This document shows positions 17,258 through 25,655 of a stretch of DNA of 36,976 nucleotides, in pieces. Both the position numbers and the translations under genes were made by a program. Origin of the DNA: a virus (taxonomy: Duplodnaviria; Heunggongvirae; Uroviricota; Caudoviricetes); the IMG/VR virus record IMGVR_UViG_3300037042_007115; one strand, written 5' to 3'. The stretch's first letter is position 1. Each line of letters opens with the position of its first letter. Below the pieces are notes generated by a model that ran no database searches, was not told where the DNA came from, and worked only from the letters and a program-made list of their open reading frames with translations.

Positions 17258-17428
17258 TTAAATCACTCTCCCAAATACTTTTACCCATTGTGGTGTTCTT
17301 TTAACGCCATCCACCTGACGTTTTCCACTGTCCCACTGTTCGACTTCTAAGGTCTTCCCAGTTTCGCTAAGGTTAAAGCGGTAAGCCATACCGCCTGCCT
17401 TTAATCCAGTAGTTTGCCATTCACCCAT
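17258..17428 (-). CDS. 56-aa protein MGEWQTTGLKAGG... (not in ORF track)
   Basis: Fills gap; TAA abuts next ATG. Confidence 0.6.
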   Translation of the reverse strand: MGEWQTTGLKAGGMAYRFNLSETGKTLEVEQWDSGKRQVDGVKRTPQWVKVFGRVI

Positions 17429-17430
17429 AC

Positions 17431-17982
17431 CTAGTCACCCCTAGTCTTAGTTGCCCATGGGTGATCAACACCCTTTGCTAATTCTTCCAGGGTATTATAT
17501 ATCTTAGAATTGTTATAGGAACTGGATAAAATTCTCCATTTATTATTAGGAAGTTTTTCTACATAAGCACAATAAGATTTAGCAGATAAGTGGTGTATTT
17601 CTCCCCCCTTACTAGATTTAAGTACTTTCCACTCTATTCCAAATGGGTGTAATTTACTTTTTCCACTTGGCTCAGAGATAGGTAAAGAAATACCCTCGGG
17701 CCCAACTATACTATATAGGGGCGTTTTAGGCGTTTTCTTTGGTGAGAAAGTTTTACCCAGAGGTATAACTTTCAAGAAATACGCCGCATCTGAAGATCCA
17801 TTTTTATCTGGGAAAAAAGAAACCTGATAAGTGCCGAAAAGACCCATGCTACCAAGCTTATCCTGTACCCTTTCATCATAGCCAGAGGCCCAAATGTCTC
17901 CCTTAACTTTTTTATAACTTATAATACCACTATCGTTGATTTTTACTTTACGAACCTGGAGATCATCTTTATCTGCTGGCAT
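17431..17982 (-). CDS. Hypothetical protein
   Basis: GAGGAG SD; operon-packed. Confidence 0.65.
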   Translation of the reverse strand: MPADKDDLQVRKVKINDSGIISYKKVKGDIWASGYDERVQDKLGSMGLFGTYQVSFFPDKNGSSDAAYFLKVIPLGKTFSPKKTPKTPLYSIVGPEGISLPISEPSGKSKLHPFGIEWKVLKSSKGGEIHHLSAKSYCAYVEKLPNNKWRILSSSYNNSKIYNTLEELAKGVDHPWATKTRGD

Positions 17983-17984
17983 CT

Positions 17985-18227
17985 TTAAATTCTCCTCTTA
18001 TCGGTTTTACGCTTATTTAGATGGGGAAAGTCCCGTAATTCAGCCGGAGTTGCCAAACGTACTCCATCTACACTTCTAACTTCCTCTATCTGCCCGGGAT
18101 AGGCCCCCTCATAATCATTATTCTCAAATTTCTTCTGAGCTGCTGCTGAAGACTTAGCTGTAATAAACCTAGCCTCAGAATAACCACAGGTGACATCTGC
18201 TCCGTATACTTTTTCACTACGAACCAT
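17985..18227 (-). CDS. Hypothetical protein
   Basis: GGTGA SD; operon-packed. Confidence 0.6.
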   Translation of the reverse strand: MVRSEKVYGADVTCGYSEARFITAKSSAAAQKKFENNDYEGAYPGQIEEVRSVDGVRLATPAELRDFPHLNKRKTDKRRI

Positions 18228-18536
18228 TTACTTCACCTTTTCCCAGCCTACTGGTGCACACTGATAGATAGTACCCGTGCGGGTATTTTTAACACAGTCG
18301 CCAACCGACATTGAAGTATGCAGGGGGATTTCCATAGATTCCCTAAGATTTTTCAACCTGAGTTTGATTGAGGGATCCATTTGCTCACCCTGGAACATAC
18401 TATAGATGTAGTCTTTACTCTTTACCTCTACGGTTGTAATCCAAGCAAAAAGCTTACCCGGAACATCTGACTTAGTAAGAGACTTATCCACGTGGAAATG
18501 TGGCTCTTTTCTGTAATAAACACCATACTTAATCAT
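18228..18536 (-). CDS. YodL-like domain protein
   Basis: HTSMSVGDCV...YQCAPVGW matches the YodL HSLSVSDVV...Y-x-D/C-x-x-GF signature. Confidence 0.65.
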   Translation of the reverse strand: MIKYGVYYRKEPHFHVDKSLTKSDVPGKLFAWITTVEVKSKDYIYSMFQGEQMDPSIKLRLKNLRESMEIPLHTSMSVGDCVKNTRTGTIYQCAPVGWEKVK

Positions 18537-18539
18537 AAT

Positions 18540-19091
18540 TCACCGAATATAATCTTTGGTAGTCGCAATAATCTGATCTCCAGGAAGGCCCAACTCTTTC
18601 AAAGCAGATTCTGAATATGGATTCTTCCACTCATAGGTATCCCTTTTAACCACAGCTGTCCACTTACCCCCGATAAGTTGACTAGTTTTGTATTTCCTGG
18701 GCAAGAACTGAATAAGAGGCTTGGCCTTACGAGAAAGTTTTCCTTTCTCAAAATGATATACTAGGAATTGGCCCCGATCTTTTGGAGGAGTAATACACAT
18801 TATCTGATGCATCACTGCACGGTCTTTCTTGTGCCCGGTTGCTTTAATCTCCCACCCGGGTGAGCAGCCACACGAGCAGCCAGCTTTGCGGTTAAACTTG
18901 ATTTCTACCCCAAGGAATCCCATCCTTGAGAGGTCTTCTTTGACATCCGCAACAACCAGCTTTGCATATTCCTTCTTGCCATCTTCAACTTTGCCACGCT
19001 GCCCGGTCATCCGGGCTTTGAACCAAGACATGACTGTTTCATCATCGAGATATACATAGAGTGTTCCAATTCTGTTTAACATATTATTCAA
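18540..19091 (-). CDS. Hypothetical protein with AGCSCGCSPG motif
   Basis: KFNRKAGCSCGCSPGW, a motif I recall from uncharacterised phage proteins. Confidence 0.6.
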   Translation of the reverse strand: MNNMLNRIGTLYVYLDDETVMSWFKARMTGQRGKVEDGKKEYAKLVVADVKEDLSRMGFLGVEIKFNRKAGCSCGCSPGWEIKATGHKKDRAVMHQIMCITPPKDRGQFLVYHFEKGKLSRKAKPLIQFLPRKYKTSQLIGGKWTAVVKRDTYEWKNPYSESALKELGLPGDQIIATTKDYIR

Positions 19092-19386
19092 ACCTCAGGT
19101 TCTTTTCTACCCAGTCTCCCCAGGTACCTATCCACATCATACGTTTCTGTTTGTTATATAGAAGGGTTTTGCTGTAGGTATCACCCATATTTACAAACAA
19201 TATGTACGGAGCCTCGGGATAGATTGATTCTACCCCATGCCCCCCAAGATAAATATTGGCATGATCCATTGCGCTTCTAGCCCAACCCAGACGACAGGTT
19301 TCTCGAAGCTTCTTTATTTGCAAAACACTAAGACTAAAATGCTTTTTAAGCATCTTGGGGGAGGGACACCTAATTATTTGATTCAT
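19084..19386 (-). CDS. Hypothetical protein with GVE...NxGDTY motif
   Basis: GGHGVESI...FVNMGDTYSKTLLY, a recurrent uncharacterised phage family (from recall). Confidence 0.6.
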   Translation of the reverse strand: MNQIIRCPSPKMLKKHFSLSVLQIKKLRETCRLGWARSAMDHANIYLGGHGVESIYPEAPYILFVNMGDTYSKTLLYNKQKRMMWIGTWGDWVEKNLRFE

Positions 19387-19389
19387 TCT

Positions 19390-19851
19390 TCATACCTCTG
19401 CGAAGACGCCCCAGCCAAAGTCTGTTCTAAACACTTTATAGCCCCAGGTACTAGGCCCATGACCGGAGAATTGACCCGCCTCCACCTTTTTAAGATCAGC
19501 TTCGGCTCGGGATTTCCGGTCAAAATAGCCCCCGTGCCAGGAAAAGTATTCTTGGTTCCCCACTTTAATTCTGTGCTCTCCCCCACCACCATTAAAGCGG
19601 AAAAAATAAATCTCATATTTCTGAGTTTTAGATGTTGGCTTCTTAAGCATTTCTGTAGCATATGTTTCTGCCAGAGCCCTGACTTTTTTAGTAGTTGCCC
19701 CGGTAAGCTCACCGTAAGTTTCATCTAAAAACCCCTCAGTAAACTCATGGGTGTGTGTGATCATATAAGGGGCATCTTTTCGATACTTCCTTACTGCCCA
19801 TTTTGCCCCCCTTAGAGCCATAGTCTGTATAGATGGTGCTTTCTCCGACAT
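19390..19851 (-). CDS. Hypothetical protein, first gene after an AT-rich promoter
   Basis: GAGGT SD; TTTAAATA at 19893-19900. Confidence 0.65.
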   Translation of the reverse strand: MSEKAPSIQTMALRGAKWAVRKYRKDAPYMITHTHEFTEGFLDETYGELTGATTKKVRALAETYATEMLKKPTSKTQKYEIYFFRFNGGGGEHRIKVGNQEYFSWHGGYFDRKSRAEADLKKVEAGQFSGHGPSTWGYKVFRTDFGWGVFAEV

Positions 19852-19949
19852 AATTAGTACCTCTAAATTTAAAATAATATTATTGTTTAAAATATTTAAA
19901 TGTATCTACTACCCTGTAACTGTGAAAAAAGAAAGAATAAAGGAGAGAT

Positions 19950-20243
19950 TCAACTATGCAAAGCTTTTTCAAACTCTTTAACGAGAGATAAATATTTCTT
20001 TGGGCATCCCCGGAAATATTTATATCGCATAGTGCGCGAAGGTTTCTTCCAGGTTCTAACCGGGCCTGAGGTTACCCCGTGCTCAATGATGCATCCATAT
20101 CCCTGACCGGAGTCAACATGATTGAAATATACCGTCAAACTACGGCGAGAACTACCATCTATGACTATAGCATTCGCAGTATCTACATGGCGATTATCTT
20201 TATTCCTTTCAATATTAATAGGACTTTCACGAATAACTGGCAC
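19950..20243 (-). CDS. Hypothetical protein, LPxK[YF] motif family
   Basis: GGAG SD, GTG start; YFRGCPKKYLSLVKEFEK. Confidence 0.6.
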   Translation of the reverse strand: MPVIRESPINIERNKDNRHVDTANAIVIDGSSRRSLTVYFNHVDSGQGYGCIIEHGVTSGPVRTWKKPSRTMRYKYFRGCPKKYLSLVKEFEKALHS

Positions 20244-20595
20244 TCTAAAACTCCTTTAATTTTAATGGAGCTTCAGAGCACAAAAAGGATCCTATCTCCC
20301 TGAAAAACCGATAGTAAGAAACAGCTTTTCTATGAGTGACCGTTTAGTTAGATTCGGTTCTTTCTGTTCTCGTTTGGGTGGATAAACAGAAAAATTTAGA
20401 GCTCAAATCTAGTCGCAATCCCAAACCTTGAGCCAAAATTTCTCCGTTATAGTATAAAAACAGAACTTTTTAACTCCGAAGTAATTTTGTCCTAAGCGGC
20501 GGAGAGGGTATTAACCAAAAACAGCCTGTAGCAAAATTCCTACTGGAAGACTTCGGGAGAAAAGTCATTAGACTAAAGAGTTTGTGGGTAGACCA

Positions 20596-20623
20596 TCATA
20601 TGACAAAATTTTTTGTCATATGA
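20596..20623. repeat. 28-bp inverted repeat, TCATATGACAA-AATTTT-TTGTCATATGA
   Basis: Perfect 11-bp arms (13 bp counting inner A/T); lies in noncoding DNA just past an operon stop. Confidence 0.9.
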
Positions 20624-20638
20624 CTTCTAGAGAAAAGT

Positions 20639-20815
20639 CTAGAGATAGCCTCCAGGTGATGCTTCTCCACCCTCAACTACCTCTGGGTAGTAAGTTCTAC
20701 ACCATTGTTTCTGCGGATCAACAAAAAGACATTTCATGCATAGGAACCACCAGAAGGGGGCAACTGAAAAGCAGCACCTACCATGCTGTTCGTAATAACA
20801 CTTAGTTTTAGACAT
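20639..20815 (-). CDS. 58-aa Cys-rich protein MSKTKCYYEQHGRCC... (not in ORF track)
   Basis: GAGGT SD; five Cys. Confidence 0.55.
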   Translation of the reverse strand: MSKTKCYYEQHGRCCFSVAPFWWFLCMKCLFVDPQKQWCRTYYPEVVEGGEASPGGYL

Positions 20816-20826
20816 ATGTCATAACC

Positions 20827-20988
20827 TCATTGGTACCCCTTTGGACATCTTTTAGACCTGACAACGTGGTCACAGGAAAGAGCACTATTGAACCGTGAAC
20901 ACATAACTTCAAGATGATCATAAAGCAACCAGGTATCTCTATCTGAGCATTCCACAAAAGTATGGATACCTACAATATCATCAGTCAT
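20827..20988 (-). CDS. 53-aa Cys-containing protein MTDDIVGIH... (not in ORF track)
   Basis: ATGA overlap with upstream ORF. Confidence 0.55.
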   Translation of the reverse strand: MTDDIVGIHTFVECSDRDTWLLYDHLEVMCSRFNSALSCDHVVRSKRCPKGYQ

Positions 20989-21155
20989 TTGAACATCCCC
21001 TTATGAATCATCATGCCTACCAATACTCCGAGATGTTTCTGATATGGATCCCTAGAACAAGGCAAATAGTTCAGTGGGTAGGGTGCTTCAGTCTTGCAAA
21101 TTCTCTCATATTGATCCATTGTAAGAGTCTCTGCCTTGAGCTCCCCTTCAGGCAT
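20985..21155 (-). CDS. 56-aa protein MPEGELKAE... (not in ORF track)
   Basis: TAATG overlap upstream, ATGA overlap downstream. Confidence 0.55.
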   Translation of the reverse strand: MPEGELKAETLTMDQYERICKTEAPYPLNYLPCSRDPYQKHLGVLVGMMIHKGMFK

Positions 21156-21514
21156 TACTCCGCCTCAGGCAGGGGGCAGGTAATATGGAAATGATTCTTA
21201 GGCTCTGGTCCTGTCTTGAAATCATTCCAACTCTCGTGGGCAGTAAGAGCTCGTATCTGGCCTTTATATCCCAGTTCTTCTGCGGATTGAAATCCAGATA
21301 CATAGTTCATACCACAGAAACACTGGTGGACATTTTCAGGGTGGAAGTGATGGCAGGGGCAATCACAGCACACCTTAATAGTCAAAGTAGACATTATCTT
21401 GATTGGTGTATGTCCCCGAGCATCTTTCACCGTCTGTAGCATAAATACCCGCGGCTTGTGGGTAATATGGATGGGGTTGACTCTGACCTCATGAATGTGG
21501 TACTCCGACTCCAT
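21155..21514 (-). CDS. Cys/His-rich hypothetical protein
   Basis: CCDCPCHH...CFCG; operon-packed. Confidence 0.6.
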   Translation of the reverse strand: MESEYHIHEVRVNPIHITHKPRVFMLQTVKDARGHTPIKIMSTLTIKVCCDCPCHHFHPENVHQCFCGMNYVSGFQSAEELGYKGQIRALTAHESWNDFKTGPEPKNHFHITCPLPEAE

Positions 21515-21517
21515 GGT

Positions 21518-22216
21518 TTATGCACTTCCTGCAGTGCAGCCCCTTGATGGAAGGGTTGCATCTGCTGCAATAGTTACATACTGGACTCCGCACTTAGAGC
21601 ATGTATAGATGGAGGTTGGGTCTGTCTGTAATGGGCTGTAGACCCCGGTCTTAACTTCCCATACGTGCTCATGCTGAGGAGTAATTGCTTCCTTAATGAG
21701 GACAGCCATACTTAAGAAAACCTTGTCTGCAATAGCCTCGTGCAAATCCGAAACTTTTACATCACTTGAAATAGCCAGCTGGCCCCACTGTGTCAGAAGA
21801 GAGTAGTGCTTTCCTACGAGAGTAAGAGTACCTTTCTTCTCTCGGCCGGGATTAAGGACATCTACTGATGTAATTTTCTTGTTGTGTCCGAGCTGCTTGA
21901 ACTTGTCCATGGGAACATAATATTCCGCGGTGAAGTCATGTACCCATTCATCACCGCTGTATTTGCGCCCATAGCAGGTAATATTCAGGAAAAGGGTTTC
22001 TTCCCCAAGTTTACCTGGTAACTCAGCGAGAGAGACACACCCAGTGGACTGGATACCGTTTGCATAGGTTTTTGAGATATCCTTGCTGTATAGCATAGGA
22101 TGAACCTCACCTGCTTTGGGTCCAGGTAAAATAATCTCGAGTTTCTGAGCTCCCCTGCGGAGCCTTCTCCTTTCGCGTCTCTTTGCTGCCTTGTCTTGCC
22201 CTGGTATGTTTGACAT
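21518..22216 (-). CDS. Protein with N-terminal Arg-rich motif and C-terminal zinc ribbon
   Basis: DKAAKRRERRRLRR; HEHVW...CSKCG; BRE/TATA (GAAATC-TATATATA) about 25 nt upstream, leaderless. Confidence 0.7.
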   Translation of the reverse strand: MSNIPGQDKAAKRRERRRLRRGAQKLEIILPGPKAGEVHPMLYSKDISKTYANGIQSTGCVSLAELPGKLGEETLFLNITCYGRKYSGDEWVHDFTAEYYVPMDKFKQLGHNKKITSVDVLNPGREKKGTLTLVGKHYSLLTQWGQLAISSDVKVSDLHEAIADKVFLSMAVLIKEAITPQHEHVWEVKTGVYSPLQTDPTSIYTCSKCGVQYVTIAADATLPSRGCTAGSA

Positions 22217-22294
22217 ATATCTATATGGGCAGCCGAACTATATATAGATTTCTTAGGGAAAAGGCTATCACTGGGGGACATTAGGATGACCTAC

Positions 22295-22879
22295 TCAATG
22301 AATTCTAAGACAAGCCTCCTCAACTATGAGCTCATAATGTGGCTTGGGGCATTGTGAGGCACTGACCGCAACACAGTCACCAGCTCTGAGGTAGTTACAG
22401 CACCGGGGGTCCGGGATGCCAGATCTCTCCTTGGCCTTGTTAGATTCGTGTAGATGGTATGCACCAGGCTCTAACCCGAAGATTTTCTTCCTGCAGTCTG
22501 GGCATCTAAAAGCCAAAACCCGCTTATTCATAGCAAACATCTCAGCCCTTCTTCCATCTCCGAAGAAATCCTTAGAGTCCTTGATAGTACCTCTCACCCC
22601 GGCAGAGTAATCAGAAAGATACTGCCTGATAAGTTGTGCATCATCAGCACTAGGTTGCTGATATTTCCAATTGTGGCCCCGGCTCCGGGCTTCTTCTAGG
22701 CAATAGTAAATATGTACTAGAGTAAATGGAAGATCAATACAGCCATGGGTAAGGTAGCCCTGAATCTCATGCCCTTTTCTCATTGAGGGCAGGAGCTTAT
22801 TATTAAATTCAGCCAGCACTGCATTCAAATGCTTATCACAGAGGTATTTAGGCCAAACCCCAGGCCATAAGTTTACCAT
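22295..22879 (-). CDS. Pyrimidine-dimer DNA glycosylase / T4 endonuclease V-like protein (start re-assigned to MVNLWP)
   Basis: MVNLWPGVWPKYLCDKHLNAVLAE resembles the Pyr_excise N-terminus (M-R-x-W-x3-P-x2-L-x3-HL-x-AE); GGAGG SD before ATG 22879; RCPDC and C-terminal Cys cluster. Confidence 0.7.
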   Translation of the reverse strand: MVNLWPGVWPKYLCDKHLNAVLAEFNNKLLPSMRKGHEIQGYLTHGCIDLPFTLVHIYYCLEEARSRGHNWKYQQPSADDAQLIRQYLSDYSAGVRGTIKDSKDFFGDGRRAEMFAMNKRVLAFRCPDCRKKIFGLEPGAYHLHESNKAKERSGIPDPRCCNYLRAGDCVAVSASQCPKPHYELIVEEACLRIH

Positions 22880-22880
22880 C

Positions 22881-23069
22881 TTATTCAACCTCCCCATGGT
22901 GATTAACCAGCATTCTTCCACAGGACCCGCAAAATATAGCCTTATTTTCAATGGTATTTTTCCCATTGAAGAAAGGCTGCCCGGGAACATGTGGTTTCTT
23001 CTTACCCTTACACCCGCAATAGCAGGTCAGGGATTCTTTACCATCATATGGTCTGTGATGTATAGTCAT
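22881..23069 (-). CDS. Small zinc-binding protein
   Basis: CYCGC...FCGSCG; GGAG SD. Confidence 0.55.
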   Translation of the reverse strand: MTIHHRPYDGKESLTCYCGCKGKKKPHVPGQPFFNGKNTIENKAIFCGSCGRMLVNHHGEVE

Positions 23070-23082
23070 AGTTCTCCGAATT

Positions 23083-23202
23083 TTAGAAAAAGATGTATGG
23101 ATCTGGGTGTCCTTCTCTAACCAAAAGTATATGAAGCATATAGCGGGGGATGCAATATGCTTCTAAAAAAAGGAGTAATACTACCAACCCAGCCCCATTC
23201 AT
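23083..23202 (-). CDS. 39-aa hydrophobic micro-ORF MNGAGLVVLLLFLEAYC... (not in ORF track)
   Basis: GGAG SD; begins 2 nt after upstream stop; region also holds a GAAGCATAT/ATATGCTTC hairpin. Confidence 0.4.
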   Translation of the reverse strand: MNGAGLVVLLLFLEAYCIPRYMLHILLVREGHPDPYIFF

Positions 23203-23204
23203 AC

Positions 23205-24860
23205 TTACTCCTTCCTGTTCTTCTTTACTTTCTTCCTGGACAGCAGGGCAATCATGGCTTCATTCTTGCTCTTTGTGGCTGCAGACCGCTCCGATGGCTT
23301 AACTTCGTATCCGGCGGTGATGAGTACCTGCATAACCTCTATTTTCTTGTACTCAACGAAGTATTTACCCCAGTCCTGCCACTTGATATAATTCATAATG
23401 TGCTCTTTATCTTTCGACAAGAAATATTCCATCATCTTTGCTGTCATGTATCCAGGCCATACTCTCTGCATAACCAGAAGAGCCCTCTCATCTATCCTCT
23501 CCGACAGAACCATATCTTCTACAATACTGGGAGTCATATAATATTCCCGGCAATGAAGAAGGGTTTCAAAGATTTCTTTGGGTATAATATTCAGTTCAAT
23601 ACATTTGAAGTAGAATTTCTCTTTAGCTTCATTAATTTCTAGGTTACTGGAACCGCGATTGAACTGCAAGAACTCATGAATGACTGACCCAGCGAGGGTT
23701 TTATGCCCGTTATTAATAAGATACTGAACGACCTGCGGTGAAGCAAGTTGAGGAACACCATGCAAATTAACGCCCCCGGTATATTCTAGCCCAGACTGGA
23801 AGAAAGTTTCCATTGCATTAATATCAGAATTTTCAACTGCTGTTGAGAAATAATTTTCTAGGGTATAATAGGGCCTATTGATATTAGGGGTGTAAGTCTT
23901 GAACAACCTGAAAATTTCTCCCAAATCTTGATACTTTCCTTGTTCCCTGAGGCTATGAAATTTGTCATAGAGTCCTGTAAGGAATTGACTAGTTTCCTGC
24001 TTTTCCAAGGGTATACTAGTGATAACTTTAAAGATAGCCTCAATCCTATCATACTGACCAGAATTAACAAGTCTGTAAGCGGCTTCCCTCGGGAGCGCAC
24101 GAATCTTATCCACATTCTGAAGCATTAACTGGAAGTCTTCCTCATGTACCATATCAATAATGTTCTCATATGGGTCACGCTCTATGGATGGACGGAACCC
24201 AATGCTAGTTGCCTGCACTACCAAGTCATCTTTCTTAGCTACACGAAGAGCATTAGTGAGTTCAGCTAACTTACCAGGAAGAACAAGGTACTTTTTCATG
24301 ATATGTGCAATTAGAACCCAGTTACTGCCCCTGAGTGATACCATGGGATCTGGCAATTCATCGCAAAACTCCTGATATACAACATCCAAAACTTCAGGTG
24401 TTCCTTCCTTGAGAGCAACTTCCATAGCATTACAGAACTGAAGGTGGTAGGTCTTGCTGATATACTCCCGGTCTTCTCTACCCCCCTGGGGCTCAATCGT
24501 CTTCCAGAAATTCCGAACAATGGTATAGAACCTGGGATCATGGGATTTTACTGCCCGTGTAACAATTGCCTCACAAGAACAATATTGAATATCCAACCTA
24601 GGAAGAACCTGACTAAGTAAATCAGCGTCTCCAACCTCTATTGCAATTCGAGCAGAGAGGTCTTGGAACTTAATATCCGTCTCATTGATGCAACGCTTAA
24701 TGAGATGCGCTGCTGCTAGGTCCCTGATACTCTCTCCATCTTGTCCATGCCAGGCCATTCCGGAGTCATCCCACCTCAATATAGAAGAGTCCATTGTCCT
24801 GGTCATAGCAAGGAGAATCTTTTGCTCCTCGCTCCAAACCTTAATATTGTCCTTAGTCAT
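23205..24860 (-). CDS. Ankyrin-repeat-like alpha-solenoid protein (start re-assigned to MTKDNI)
   Basis: Degenerate ANK-like units: AIEVGDADLLSQVL, STAVENSDINAMETFFQSG, PQVVQYLINNG, IEVMQVLITAGY...AATKSKNEAMIALL. Confidence 0.6.
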   Translation of the reverse strand: MTKDNIKVWSEEQKILLAMTRTMDSSILRWDDSGMAWHGQDGESIRDLAAAHLIKRCINETDIKFQDLSARIAIEVGDADLLSQVLPRLDIQYCSCEAIVTRAVKSHDPRFYTIVRNFWKTIEPQGGREDREYISKTYHLQFCNAMEVALKEGTPEVLDVVYQEFCDELPDPMVSLRGSNWVLIAHIMKKYLVLPGKLAELTNALRVAKKDDLVVQATSIGFRPSIERDPYENIIDMVHEEDFQLMLQNVDKIRALPREAAYRLVNSGQYDRIEAIFKVITSIPLEKQETSQFLTGLYDKFHSLREQGKYQDLGEIFRLFKTYTPNINRPYYTLENYFSTAVENSDINAMETFFQSGLEYTGGVNLHGVPQLASPQVVQYLINNGHKTLAGSVIHEFLQFNRGSSNLEINEAKEKFYFKCIELNIIPKEIFETLLHCREYYMTPSIVEDMVLSERIDERALLVMQRVWPGYMTAKMMEYFLSKDKEHIMNYIKWQDWGKYFVEYKKIEVMQVLITAGYEVKPSERSAATKSKNEAMIALLSRKKVKKNRKE

Positions 24861-24862
24861 AA

Positions 24863-24982
24863 TTAAATGACCCCACAAAAAGTTAAACCCGTTACAATCA
24901 AGACCATACAGGTTATGTATATCGCCAGCCCTACTGGGGGCTCGTTCCAGCATAGGTTCCAAACTTTCATACAAACTTTCAT
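24863..24982 (-). CDS. 39-aa single-TM micro-protein MKVCMKVWNLCWNEPPVGLAIYITCMVLIVTGLTFCGVI (not in ORF track)
   Basis: GAGG SD; TTATATATA box at 25024-25032; stop 2 nt before ankyrin-like ATG. Confidence 0.55.
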   Translation of the reverse strand: MKVCMKVWNLCWNEPPVGLAIYITCMVLIVTGLTFCGVI

Positions 24983-25060
24983 ACTGTCCTCTGTTATGAT
25001 TACTCTTAAATGAGCTGTGCTAGTATATATAATGCCTACTTAACCGGGTATTATGCAAAG

Positions 25061-25399
25061 TTACACCTTCTTAAACGGGCAACACCCCTCTTTAAACACG
25101 CACCGTTCCCCTTTCATGATCTTGCTAAGCGTTTCAGATTGAATTGCAAGAAGGTTCATATTCATTTTATAGTCTCTCTGGATTAGGGTAGGATATTCTT
25201 TACAAACGGTTCCCTGTTTTTCTGCCTCGTTAACCCATGTATCAATCCATTTCATGTAGTCCGGATCTAAAATGGCGGCGAGCAGTTTCTCTATGTCGGC
25301 CATACCCATGTATCGGGTATCATCCATCTTTGATACCCATCCGAGTTTTTCAACCTTTCCGATAACATCAATTATCTTTTTATTAATATCTGTTGCCAT
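25061..25399 (-). CDS. Hypothetical protein
   Basis: GGTGA SD. Confidence 0.65.
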   Translation of the reverse strand: MATDINKKIIDVIGKVEKLGWVSKMDDTRYMGMADIEKLLAAILDPDYMKWIDTWVNEAEKQGTVCKEYPTLIQRDYKMNMNLLAIQSETLSKIMKGERCVFKEGCCPFKKV

Positions 25400-25409
25400 C
25401 TTACTTCAC

Positions 25410-25655
25410 CTATACCCTCTTTTCAAACAGTTTATCACTAATTTCTATTAAAGAAGCTAAGTCTGAACGAAGAAGAGTGACATGCCCATGCTCATTTTTG
25501 TAAAAACCAGCAAATTCTTCTAGCTTAATAGGCTTACCGTCTTTAAGAATAACCCTCTCCGCGGATTTATCTATGATATACCCGTCTAAATCTATAGATA
25601 GACCGAAAAAACCTAAGATAGCTACCTTAGCATCACTGGAGAAAGTTATAATCAT
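25410..25655 (-). CDS. Hypothetical protein
   Basis: ATGA coupling. Confidence 0.6.
   Translation of the reverse strand: MIITFSSDAKVAILGFFGLSIDLDGYIIDKSAERVILKDGKPIKLEEFAGFYKNEHGHVTLLRSDLASLIEISDKLFEKRV

Noticed and set aside
19873-19884. AATAATATTATT palindrome shared with 36594-36605 as a common operator
   Set aside because: All-AT palindrome in very AT-rich promoter DNA, at different positions relative to the TATA box; chance cannot be excluded.
24960-24983. 12-bp tandem repeat caaactttcata x2
   Set aside because: Two copies only; explained as a small in-frame duplication at the start of the 39-aa ORF (MKVC-MKVW).
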